A stretch of 64,000 bases of DNA, taken from the NCBI GenBank assembly GCA_001938485.1, contig MQRK01211181.1, forward strand, positions 26,033-90,032. Direction: 5' to 3'. Shown here piece after piece: positions 12,565-23,155 of the stretch (the stretch's first letter is position 1; every line of letters starts with the position of its first letter). Source of the DNA: Girardia tigrina (Eukaryota). The notes under the pieces are model-generated. The model searched no databases and was not told the origin of the DNA. It saw only the letters and a program-made list of their open reading frames with translations. A program made the translations under genes and the position numbers.

Positions 12565-13388
12565 ATGGCATTATTTTCTCCGACAAATCAAAAGCGATTG
12601 ACAAATGTTTCCGATGTGAAACTAATCGTAAAAACCGATAGAAAACGTCGTCTATATGAAATATCATATTTTTCCGGATAAAGTGATCGCTTGGCAACAA
12701 AAACTTGAATTTCAAATCCAAACTCTGCAAAATGAGCTGATTTACACGAATGTGTCAAAAGCGGAAATCTCGAGCAAAGACGATTCGAAAGACGCTTTTC
12801 AAACGACGAATATTTTGGAGATTTGTAAAATTATATTAGAGAAAGGAGAGCTCCAATTGACGGAAAAAAAGACAATTTGTGATGGATAATTTAATTAAAG
12901 ATGTCGCAAAAATTCTGACTAGTAAAACGTTGAATCCGAGTACAAAACTATGCTTTCCACCGGGTGTGATAAAAAAATGATTCACGATTGTCACATCAAT
13001 TTGAAACCGAATAAATCCACAAAACAACAATCTCTCGACGTTATACGAATGTTGATAAAGAAATTGAATGTTCCGATCGATGTCGCTCTTTTATCTGTCA
13101 ACATTATTGTGACACAAAAACAAATTAAATCAATCAAACTAGAATTATTGAGTTATTGTGAAAATATTTTCTCAGAGGTACCGCAAGAGCACGATTATGA
13201 AGGCGATTTTCGAACCGGAAAATTATGATTTATTCAAAGAAAATTTCGAAACGAAATGCAAAATCGAATTACACAAAAAATGCAACAACATAATATATCA
13301 TTTGCATCAACGACCTCGGATTCGGATAGAAAATGAACGGAACTTGAACTCGAGCTGTTATGTGAAGAATGAAGTTGTCACTCGATAA
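12565..13388 (+). pseudogene. SBDS: Frameshifted intronless copy of ribosome maturation factor SBDS/Sdo1
   Basis: MALFSPTNQKRLTNV...IYTNVSKAEISSKDD...ICKIILEKGELQLTEK...NPSTK...KPNKSTKQQSLDVI; about four frameshifts. Confidence 0.9.
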
Positions 13389-13763
13389 CTGCATCAGTAT
13401 GCAGATTGGAGATAAAGTTCGAGTGGAAAAACAAAAGTGAAAAAGAAACGGTCCTCATAAGGGCCAAAATTACGGATTCTTCAAAAATTACGGTTTAGTT
13501 ACATTGTTAAAATAACATTTCTTCTGTTTCAAAGCATAAGTTTTCTGTTTTACCGAAGTGCTTTGATTCACACTATGAACTGCAGTTTTATGAATCATTA
13601 TTTATAATCAAAGTAGGTAAAGTAAGGCCATCCCAATTCTTAAAATTTTTAATTAAAATTAATAAAAATTTTGCCTATAATATGCAATAAAATCCTAAAG
13701 AAATTAATGTTTACCGATCAAATCTTCCATTAATTACTATTTTATTATCTTACATATTACATA

Positions 13764-13803
13764 ATTTCTGATGAAGGAAAATGAGTTCCGAAATATGTAC
13801 AAT
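13764..13803 (+). ncRNA. Minimal hammerhead ribozyme (weak stem I)
   Basis: CTGATGA-A-GGAA-aatgag-TTCC-GAAA-TATG-TA-caat. Confidence 0.65.
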
Positions 13804-15078
13804 AACCAAATTCTTAAAAAAGCTTTAACGAAATTGTTTTTGAAAAATATCAAATTTGCGTTCACAAGATAGAATAATATATATATATATTGTTTAATTG
13901 TTTCAACAAAGTGAACGAGAAAATATCATACAACCAACAATTTATGTCATTAGAATTCACTACATATTTCGTTCTTGAGAGAGCATCTTCAGTTGGATCG
14001 ACCATTGAGAGAACAAATATTAAAAATTCAAAACTAATTGAATCTTCTGTATCAAACACAGAATATAATTATTATTATTATCATAATTACTACATTATTA
14101 TTATTATTTTTTATATAATTATTTGTTGAGGAGATTGCAAAGATAATCATTTCATAGACGCGCAAGAAAATACATCTACATAGAAAAATAAACATTTTTA
14201 TTAATGCTAAATTTTATCATGAAATTCATTTATAATCATTTTCGATTTCATTGAATAATTATTATTTTAAGCTTTTTTTCTGAAGACTCTTCTCTTCTGA
14301 TGAGAGAGATAAATTTTGTGTAGCTTTAAATAATTCAATACAAAAGGAAAAGGCTTGCAATTAGTTTTGTTAACTCTAACTGAGAACAGCTGCGGTTCTA
14401 TAGCAGGCAACAGCAGCGAACCTACGGAGTTACTTTTAAATAACAAAAGAAAGATATTTTTATGATTACTAAGAACAAAAACTACAAACAGCACTGAAGC
14501 TGTGCACAAAACGTTCTTAAAAAAGATACAATCTAATGAATAACCAGAAATACTTTTGTATTTATCAACGACTAAAATAACTATTAACTCTATATGAATC
14601 AATCTTCTTTTAGAGTATATATTTTTTATATAATTAATATAATGAGCCCATAATATATGTTGATTATATTTATAATCTTAGTTTTGTTGAATAATAATTT
14701 TGCTCATTGTGTAAAATTGTAATGGTGAATACAGTATTCGACAATTTCCGAATAAATAAAATTTTAAACCAGCAATTCTAAAACTGTGATGAGCGGCTCT
14801 TCGGTAATCTAGGGTAGGCTGATTGGGGGTAGTTATTATGTTCTCTTTTATTTATATTGCGATTACAGACATCACCCTTTTAAAATACTTACTAATTACT
14901 ATTTGGATATTAAATGTATTAACAATACAAATATGAATTTGTGAACATTTATTAAAATAACAAACAGAATTGTCATTACAACAATTATTCAAACTACTTT
15001 CGCTTTCGACATTTTTCTTTATTAATATATTTGTGAAATTTATCCTAATTTTTAAAATAATTAAAAAATATTTATTAA

Positions 15079-16078
15079 CTAGTCATGTATGTCGGGTATA
15101 ATTTATATAGAGTTAAATCTCAAATAAATTTTCAAGACGTATAATTCATATAACAGCCAAAATATTCAGTGTTTTTTTATATTAAATTAATGTAAATTAT
15201 TGAAAAATCTCAATCTAGAATGAAAAAACTGTGCTTTGAACATAAATAAGTTTAAATTTTTAATAAAAAAATAACACGAACTTACCGCAAAAAAATTCTG
15301 AATTGATTTGAAGTGAAATTGCACAAATAAAAAAACATAAAAAATCAAGTTCAACTTTGATTTACTCACACTAATGTAATTTTAATTCCTCAATAAAGGA
15401 GAAAACTCTTCACACTATGAGAAAATATTTCTTCACTAACACTACATTAAAGAATTGAATAAATTTTTACTGTCTGTTAAAGAAGACGAAATACAATTTA
15501 AAATTCATTTTTTTTACAAATGAATTATTATTAATTTAATTATCTACTTACAATTGTAAGTAAATAATATAAGCGTTCTTGACAGAATCAGTCAGTCACA
15601 GATCAAGACAAATATATATACTAGTAAATAACCCGTCATGTATGACGGGTATAATTATATAGAATAAATTTTCAAAAGACTATGACAAATTTTTTTTATT
15701 TATTTGTTTTAAGATTAGTGTCTTAAGATTATAGTGTTTTAAGATTATCAGATCTAATATATAATCAGATAAGATTAAATTTTAGACTATAAATAAAAAT
15801 ATTATATGTAACATATCATTTGACCACAATAAAAATCTGTTACCATCCTGATAGGTTAAACATGTCCTATCTCCTTAAATTAAAATCAAACTCCTATTAA
15901 CATATTTACATGTTATTTGTCATAAATTTTAATTTAAGTTATTTGCACTTAAAATTTCTTAAAATTCATTTTTTTCCATATGAATTATTAATTTAATTAT
16001 CTACTTACAATTGTAAGTAAATAATATGAGCGTTCTTGACAGAATCAGTCAGTCACAGATCAAGACAAATATATATAT
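15079..16078 (-). mobile_element. Two head-to-tail non-autonomous Helitron-like units
   Basis: Minus-strand 3' hairpin CCCGTCATacATGACGGG then CTAG at 15621-15649; eroded second end at 15079; 15500-15619 repeated at 15960-16078. Confidence 0.7.
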
Positions 16079-16079
16079 T

Positions 16080-16850
16080 TATAATTATTAATTATCAAGA
16101 ATGTAATTGGTTAAAATTTAATCTAAACATTTTAAAAAATGTACCAATGTAATTAATACATTAAAATTTTAAATTACATTAAAAATTAAATATTACATTT
16201 GAAAAATATTTTTAATCTTTTTACTTTAAAATTAAATTAAATTATTTTCAATCAGTAGTAATGAAAACAAATAACAACTAGCCATCTGGGTAGGAGAGAC
16301 ACAATCCAAATTAACACAACATGCAAAATATCAAACAACAAACATTTCAAAACATTCCTCCCAATATGAAATCAATTTTAATTAGTTATATAATAAATTT
16401 TAAACCAATTCAATTTTACAAAAGTTGTAGGAAACTCAATATAATATTCTTCCAAGTTAAAAAAATAAGTAATATGAAACCTTACTTATATCTAAGCTTG
16501 TTTTGGTTTAACATGTGTTTCTTATTTTCAATAGTTCCTGAGTAAAAGGAATGAGAAGAATGACAAAAAATCGAAATATCTTATTTTGATTATGTTGGTG
16601 TTCCTTTTGGTGAACTTTAAATTTTTGATATATTTAAATTAAAAATCATATTTATATTTTAGATAAATTAAAAATAATGTTCGACTAATTAAAATGAAAT
16701 AATTTTTTAAATAAAAAATTTAAATTTTTTACTAATGAAAATAAATAAGGTTTCATAAAAAAATATATATTTTATAGGTAATATTTTTACTAATTAAATT
16801 GAAATAAAGTGTGCAAATTATGACTTCGAATTTTAATCACGAACCCAATA
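16080..16850. repeat. Dispersed repeat family copy; 16560-16850 matches 40700-41190 in reverse
   Basis: Direct sequence matches, e.g. ttttaatcacgaacccaata versus tattgggttcgtgattaaaa. Confidence 0.7.
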
Positions 16851-16881
16851 TGGCGACCACACCAGGACCCGAACCTGGAAT
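16851..16881 (-). other. tRNA 3' fragment with CCA (Arg-like); PBS-like on the plus strand
   Basis: Minus strand ATTCCAGG-TTCGGGT-CCTGG-TGTGGTCG-CCA: paired T-arm, acceptor strand, CCA. Confidence 0.65.
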
Positions 16882-16946
16882 ATTAATTAAACAAATAATA
16901 ATTAAAGCTGTTATAATTATGGTTAATATATTTATTAACTTTAAAG

Positions 16947-17148
16947 CAGGGCTGCGGAGTCGGACTAAAATTGCCCGATTCCGACTCCGACTCCGACTTC
17001 AACTTCGACTCAACCTTCGACTTCGACTCCGATTCCGACTCCGATTCATTTTTAGGTCAATTTTTAATATTTGTTATTATTTATGTCGGAGTCGAGTTCA
17101 CGAATCCGACTCCTTGACTCCGACTCCGACTCCGACTCCGCAACCCTG
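16947..17148. mobile_element. hAT MITE with (CCGACT)n subterminal repeats
   Basis: TIRs CAGGGCTGCGGAGTCGG / CCGACTCCGCAACCCTG; perfect 8-bp TSD CTTTAAAG. Confidence 0.92.
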
Positions 17149-17845
17149 CTTTAAAGTATATCATTTTTAAAATAGGTATTAATCATAATCATAACTTATA
17201 ATCATAAGTCTAAAATAACTGATTGATAAAATTTTAAGTTAATAAATATTTAAATAATATATAATTAGAATTAGAAAAATTTTATTTTCTAGTCGATCTT
17301 ATAATTTATTTTTTTCATGATCTAATGAAAATAAATTTTAAGATCATCAAAAGAAAAATGCTTAGATTTAGTAAACCGTTTATGATATTATTTTTGGGGA
17401 TATGGAACTGGTTCCTAATTTTCATTTAGATCAGCAGTTATTAATCTGGAATTGTGACTATTGAAATGCACTACCAAATTATTTAAGTTCCCGAGAAATC
17501 AAGAAATTACAGGAAAATATAAGACAAAACTCTGTTGTAAATTCAATTGAATTCTGGTTCCTGATCTGATATTCATCGGCTCTCCTTTCTAAATGTAAAA
17601 GACAGACCTAATTACCAAATAAGTGGCTTGATTTAAGTAATGTATCGACTCAGAAAGCTCCAATCTTTCATCTTCTATCATCACACTAGCTTGAAAGTTA
17701 AATTATATATATGTTTCTTTAAATCAATGATCAAACACCAGTTCCAATAAACTTATTCAGAATTTTTGATTTGAATCATTTCATACAATCGATTACATAA
17801 TCACCATTTTCGTTTATGTATTGGTGACTCATATAATTAGTCAGT

Positions 17846-17882
17846 GACGTGACGAGGACGGTTGATCTGTTGAAATATATTT
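17846..17882 (+). ncRNA. Degenerate hammerhead of the GACGG/CCGTC family
   Basis: GAC-gTGACGA-G-GACGG-ttgat-CtGTt-GAAA-TATA-TT; C3 mutated. Confidence 0.5.
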
Positions 17883-17932
17883 TTATAAAGAAAATGAATG
17901 AGCTTTATTTTTAAAAGTAAATTTTCTACAGG

Positions 17933-18088
17933 CTCAAATTTTAAATACTATTTGAGTATAAAGTTTGATTTTACTTTCTAACTATAAACATTCATGCAAA
18001 TGTAAAATTTTGATTATACATTTGCATGATTGTTTATAGTTAGAAAGTAAAATCAAACTTTATACTCAAATAGTATTTAAAATTTGAG
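17933..18088. repeat. Long inverted repeat, 72-bp arms, 12-bp spacer
   Basis: 17933-18004 versus 18017-18088; one mismatch found by eye. Confidence 0.92.
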
Positions 18089-19789
18089 TATATTTCAGTA
18101 TTGTATTTTACAAAAACAATCATTAAACCATAAATATTAATGAATTACTACTTGTATTTTAAAAGATATCATTAGTAAAAGTCAAAGATAAAACCGAAAT
18201 TGGGAAACGAGTGTCATTCAGTAAGTCGAAAATCCCATTTGTTCATTCAGACAAACCAGAAGTTTTCTATGAAAGTGCCAAATTGTTTGATTAACCCCAC
18301 AAAAGCAAATTTATTTTGATGGTAATGTGACAATTTATTTATTATTTATATTCCGTATTCATTTCCGCGTGTCATCGTTAGCTTAATTAGAAGTTAAAGG
18401 AAAAGAAGGAAATTTATAATATTTGACAAGATTAAACAAAATTAAAATAAAATTGAGATATAAATTATACTATACATGAAGCATTAAACATTCTATTTTA
18501 TATTTTCGGTAAAGAAATTTGAATATTCTATTATTCTTGAAGGGTAAATAGATGTTTAAAAATTCTTCATATGATAATTTATTGATTCTCTAATGGTAAA
18601 GAATATGACAAATTTCGATGGCAATTTTCTAATGACCATAGACCATTGCAAATCTTTATGAAAAAGAGCTAAAACCAACTAAATTTCGCAATCCAATTAC
18701 CTTTAGAGTCAGTTCCGCTCCTGGACACTCAACTGTGTAGGGTACTGTCACTATGGAGTCCTTACATATGGATCTCACTTCCGTCCTACTCCCCATAGAC
18801 CAACCTAGTGGTGTGGCCGATTCCATGGAATAGCTTCCCTGTTTGATGGCGGCACCCTCTGATGCTCATTTGGATTTCTAACTTCCGTCTTGGCCGACAG
18901 AGTCCTTTATTATGGTTTGTAGACGATGTATCAGACGATTACCTTGAGACAACCGCTTCGTTCAGCATATCCTTCCGTTTGTGGTTCAGTAATCCATCAC
19001 AATGCATTGTGTAAGCCCCGAAATACTGTGCTTAGCCTTAGTACAAAACTACTCGTTCGATTTCACAAAGAAGTGATTTAACATTTTAAACGTTTTTAAA
19101 ATGTTGGTCTCGAAAGAGAAAATCAATTTCGACGAAAATTTTATTCAACATACAACTCGCTATTTGAAAAGTGCCATACATGTCCAACATTATTTAAACG
19201 ATAAGAAAAAGTATTTTTTACCCAATTTTCAAAGTCAATAAAAATCGAAGAAACTGTACAAAATTCAGATCAAAATTGTCAAGAGCCCGCACCAACACGG
19301 ATTAATAGCTTGATCTTCTAATGGGCTATTGGACTAATTGGGAAGTGGTAATGGTTTTCGTCCATAAATAATAAAAAATTCTTTAAGAGATTTGAAATCG
19401 AATAGCAGATTTTAAAACATTAAGAACATTCTTTTCAATTTTTGTCACTTATATATAATCTAGGGTAGGGTTAAGAAGCTTAAAATTTCAATTATAAGAA
19501 TATCCAATTTAATATCATTTTATCTTCAATATAGACTTCTTCACATTGAAATTGAAAACCGACTACCTAATAAAAGCAATTTTGAATATATATTCAATTA
19601 TTATGTAGGTCATATTTCGTTAATTATACAAGACGGCGCTCACCTTTGAATGAAGGGAAGGATCAATACGTTTTGTACGGGTACGTTACTTTCACATGTT
19701 CTAACTGTATATTTAATTTCATAAAATAGGATAAAAACTTTAGAGACAAATACTTAAATGGACGAGGAGTTCCAAATTGCACATATAAA

Positions 19790-20735
19790 CGCATTAGAGC
19801 TGCTCGAATGTCAATTTAACGCATGTTCTAAGTCCACAGCGTTCAGGCGTTGTAGATGTAGCTTGGCACCCTGACCTGATGAGATCTCCAAAGCTTTCAG
19901 TCTGCTGAAATGGCTCAAACACTGGCTTGATCTTCGTAAACTTAGGAGATGAGGTAGCAAAATTTTTAATTCTACTGTCTTTGTACCTCTTCATAATTTT
20001 GGTAATGTGCGTAGAGGAATACCATTTTAATTCTCTCCTCAAGAGGGTGTCATATCGATATTTCATTCATCTGTAAATAAATGAAAATAGTCAGTGTTAA
20101 AACGTAAATATGAATTTCCGCGAAATAAAATGCCTTTCTGGAAATAGATTAAAACAATCATCTTTCCATTACTTTTGGAACACTCTATATGTCAAATGAT
20201 GAAGTATAACAACTTTTTTTGATAGGAAATCTTCATATCTTGTATCACGTCTTAGTCCAAAGACTAAAATTCTAGTGGAATACACTACTGAATAAAATAC
20301 AAGCTTTTCATTTATCAGTTTTCTCTGTGCTGGGAAGAATATTACACTATGCAAGTTCCATTGTTCAATTAAAAGCGTTTCCTAAATATGCTTTAGATCT
20401 TCCATGTGCGGCTATTTAAAACCTACTTAACAAGAATATCCTATAATAAAGTGTTTTAAGGAATTATTGGTACTTAATCTTTCTTATAACGAGTATCTTC
20501 TTAAATTTTCCTGTCATGCAAACAAACAGTAGCAAATATACATTATACTATTACTATACATTCCTTTTGTTTGCTAGAGCTCGGTAAAATTACCCTGTTT
20601 TGTATATATTGAAGATGTCGCAGCCTTTACTGATTTCCTGAAACTCATTCTTCCAGTTCTTAACTTTTGTGAAAAGCGCCAGGAGGCTTTGAAGAATTTA
20701 ATTTTCATATCTTGAGAATATTATGAGGTATGATA
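19790..20735 (-). mobile_element. pogo/Tigger-like transposase remnant
   Basis: WKNEFQEISKGCDIFNIYKTG*FYRALANK and SLD*DVIQDMKISYQKKLL resemble the DIFNxDETGLFY and PLDQGII motifs. Confidence 0.7.
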
Positions 20736-20737
20736 TA

Positions 20738-22072
20738 CAGGGTGAGTCAGAAGTCGCCGAGCAGTCATTATATTAGTGATCCAAGTGTACAAAAATGAGT
20801 TTACATCGATCAGTCGGTTGATTTCTTGGTGTAAACTCACTAAGAAGATCATGTGAACACATCTTACAAATAGTCAATTTAAGTCGATAATTTAATATTT
20901 ATAGTCGATAATTTCATCATTTAACAAACCTTAAAAATGGCAGAGTCAAATAATTCCAAACTAATAACTGAAGAACGCGTATTTCTCATAAAAATATTTT
21001 ATAAAACGGACAACAAAAGTGAAACATGTTGACGATTCCAAGAAAAATTTGGTAGGACAGTTAAAAGAGACGCAATAGCGAATCTAATTTACCACTTTGA
21101 AATAACTGGTTCCTGTGAAGATCTTCCTAGATGTGGTAGACCTAAATCTGTTTGCAACTCTGAAAACAAACAAATTATTACATATTGTTTTACGAATAGT
21201 CCTCGAAAATCTACCAGACAAGCATCACAAGAGCTTAGCATTTCTCAAACTTCAATTGTCAGGCTCCTGCACGATGCTCATTTAAAACCTTACCGTCCAC
21301 ATTTACTCCACTCCTTGAATGAAGATGATTATGACCGTCGAGTTGAATTATTTCAGATTTTTCAACAACTTTACCACGAGGACGCTACATTTCCGGAGAA
21401 GATTATTTGGAGTGATGAGCTTAACAGACAGGTCAATCGTCACAATTCTGTTTACTGGGCCCATGAAAATCAGCATGAAATCCTAAAAAAAGAAGTCAAC
21501 GCAGTTGGTGTCGCAGTTTGGATAGGAATCACTGCTTCCGGTCTGTTAGGGCCGTTTTTCTTTGAAGGTTCTGTGACAGGTAATAGTTACGTGTCAATGC
21601 TTAACAATAATTTTATACCCTGTGTGAAGAACTGGCCGCTTGGGGAGATGTGGTTTCAACAAGATGGTGCACCTCCCCATTACAGCATTGTAGCGCGAAA
21701 CTGGCTCAACAACAACTTTCCAAACAGATGGATTGGTCGCCGCGATTCCATCGAGTATCCTCCTCGCTCTCCAGACCTTACTCCTCCTGATTTCTTTCTT
21801 TGGGGTGTGTTAAAGAATTCAGTGTATGCCAAAAAGCCGGGAACAATAGATCAGCTTGTGACAATGATAATGAATTCTTGAACAGAAATTCGTGATGATT
21901 TATGCCGAAGTGCTTGCTATTCTGTCGTTCGAAGGACTGCAAAATGCATTGAAGAAGGCGGCTAACATTTTGAGCATTTACTCCGTTAGATTATGTACTC
22001 AATTTTAATGTAACAATAAATTTAATTTTTAAAACCTGTGTCGTTTTGACTGTCCGGTGACTTCTGACTCAC
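20738..22072 (+). mobile_element. Near full-length DD41D (rosa/VS-type) Tc1/mariner element with in-frame stops
   Basis: TIR CAGGGTGAGTCAGAAGTC...; ATG 20937; WSDE, QQDGAPPH, SPDLTPPDFFLWG with 41 residues between the second and third Asp. Confidence 0.92.
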
Positions 22073-22179
22073 TATCAAACTTATTTGAAATTAATGCATA
22101 CTGTATATGCTTTTCGTTTAGATATCTTCATTCTTCCTGAACGTGTCAAAGAATTTTAGTGGCATGGAAGTAAAACTAA

Positions 22180-22320
22180 GAGACATATTAAATTATTGGT
22201 ATTTATCTATCAGTAATAATTCTTGCAAAGACTTTGCCCCCTAAGTCTAATGAAAATATTTCATGGTAGTCATTTAATTTCTTTTTAGATTCCTTTTCGT
22301 TACTTGATACTCATCATCCT
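22180..22320 (-). mobile_element. RTE-like RT N-terminal fragment
   Basis: NDYHEIFSLDLGGKVFARIITDR resembles NYRGISLL..GKVFARII..RL. Confidence 0.6.
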
Positions 22321-22581
22321 ATCCAGATGGATGATTAATATTTTAATTCTTATTATCTGAAAATATGTAATGTTTAAATTTATTTTTAATTTAAAATACT
22401 TGTAAAATTTTAAATAAGTTAATTAATTTTATTTACAATTTTCAAATAAATAAATTGAATTATTTTTTTTAATAAATTAATACTCCTTTTTATTTTTAAC
22501 CAATAAAATTTTGAATAAATATTTTTACAATATATAAAATTCTTCATTTGTTCAGATAATAATATTAAAGTCATTAATCAA

Positions 22582-23155
22582 TTAATTAATATTCAATCGT
22601 ACGAAAGATTTCCTTATTCTCTCTCTGATATCTGTCTCACGAGTTCCGTAAGAAGATATTATTGAACCAAGGTAACTGAACTCGGTAACCCACTCGATTC
22701 CAGATGTCATCTTGCAACCTGCCGTGTGTATTTTCGAGTCACCATTTAGATTTATAATCTTGGTCTTTTTTATGTTGATCTTTAAACCTACTTGCTGGAA
22801 CACTCTGTTTAGAATACGCAGATTTCTTGTTAACCTATTATAGTCTTTGTCAATGAGACAAAGGTCATCTGCATACGCTAAATGATTGATTTTCAGTTTG
22901 GTTCCGTCCTCATTTCGTAATTGTAACCCTCTTGTCATCCCATTTGCTTCTGCTAGTTTGAGTGCTCTGTCAAACACAACATTAAACATAAATCGGTCCC
23001 AGGACACAAATTTCTTGTTGATTCAATCATCATATTTTGGACGAATTTGGCTTTGCTGTTGTTACTCGTCCAAATCGAGGTAGACGTCAACGAGAAGAAC
23101 CCACCTATTTGATTGTTCCAATGGAAGTCGTAATATTTCAGTACTCGCGACAATG
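22582..23155 (-). mobile_element. RTE-like non-LTR retrotransposon RT fragment
   Basis: INHLAYADDLCL...VGLKINIKKTK...FSYLGS...DIRERI. Confidence 0.9.

Noticed and set aside
12565-13388. Programmed frameshifting or tiny introns in SBDS
   Set aside because: Indels go in mixed directions, with no extra sequence or GT-AG pairs; decay or assembly error is simpler.
14267-14602. 111-aa ORF
   Set aside because: Non-ATG start and no recognisable motif.
16811-17170. Arg/Leu-repeat ORF
   Set aside because: Translation of the (CCGACT)n repeats of the hAT MITE.
19794-20066. Possible host exon with a splice acceptor
   Set aside because: All three phases hit stops right after the acceptor; it continues the pogo remnant.
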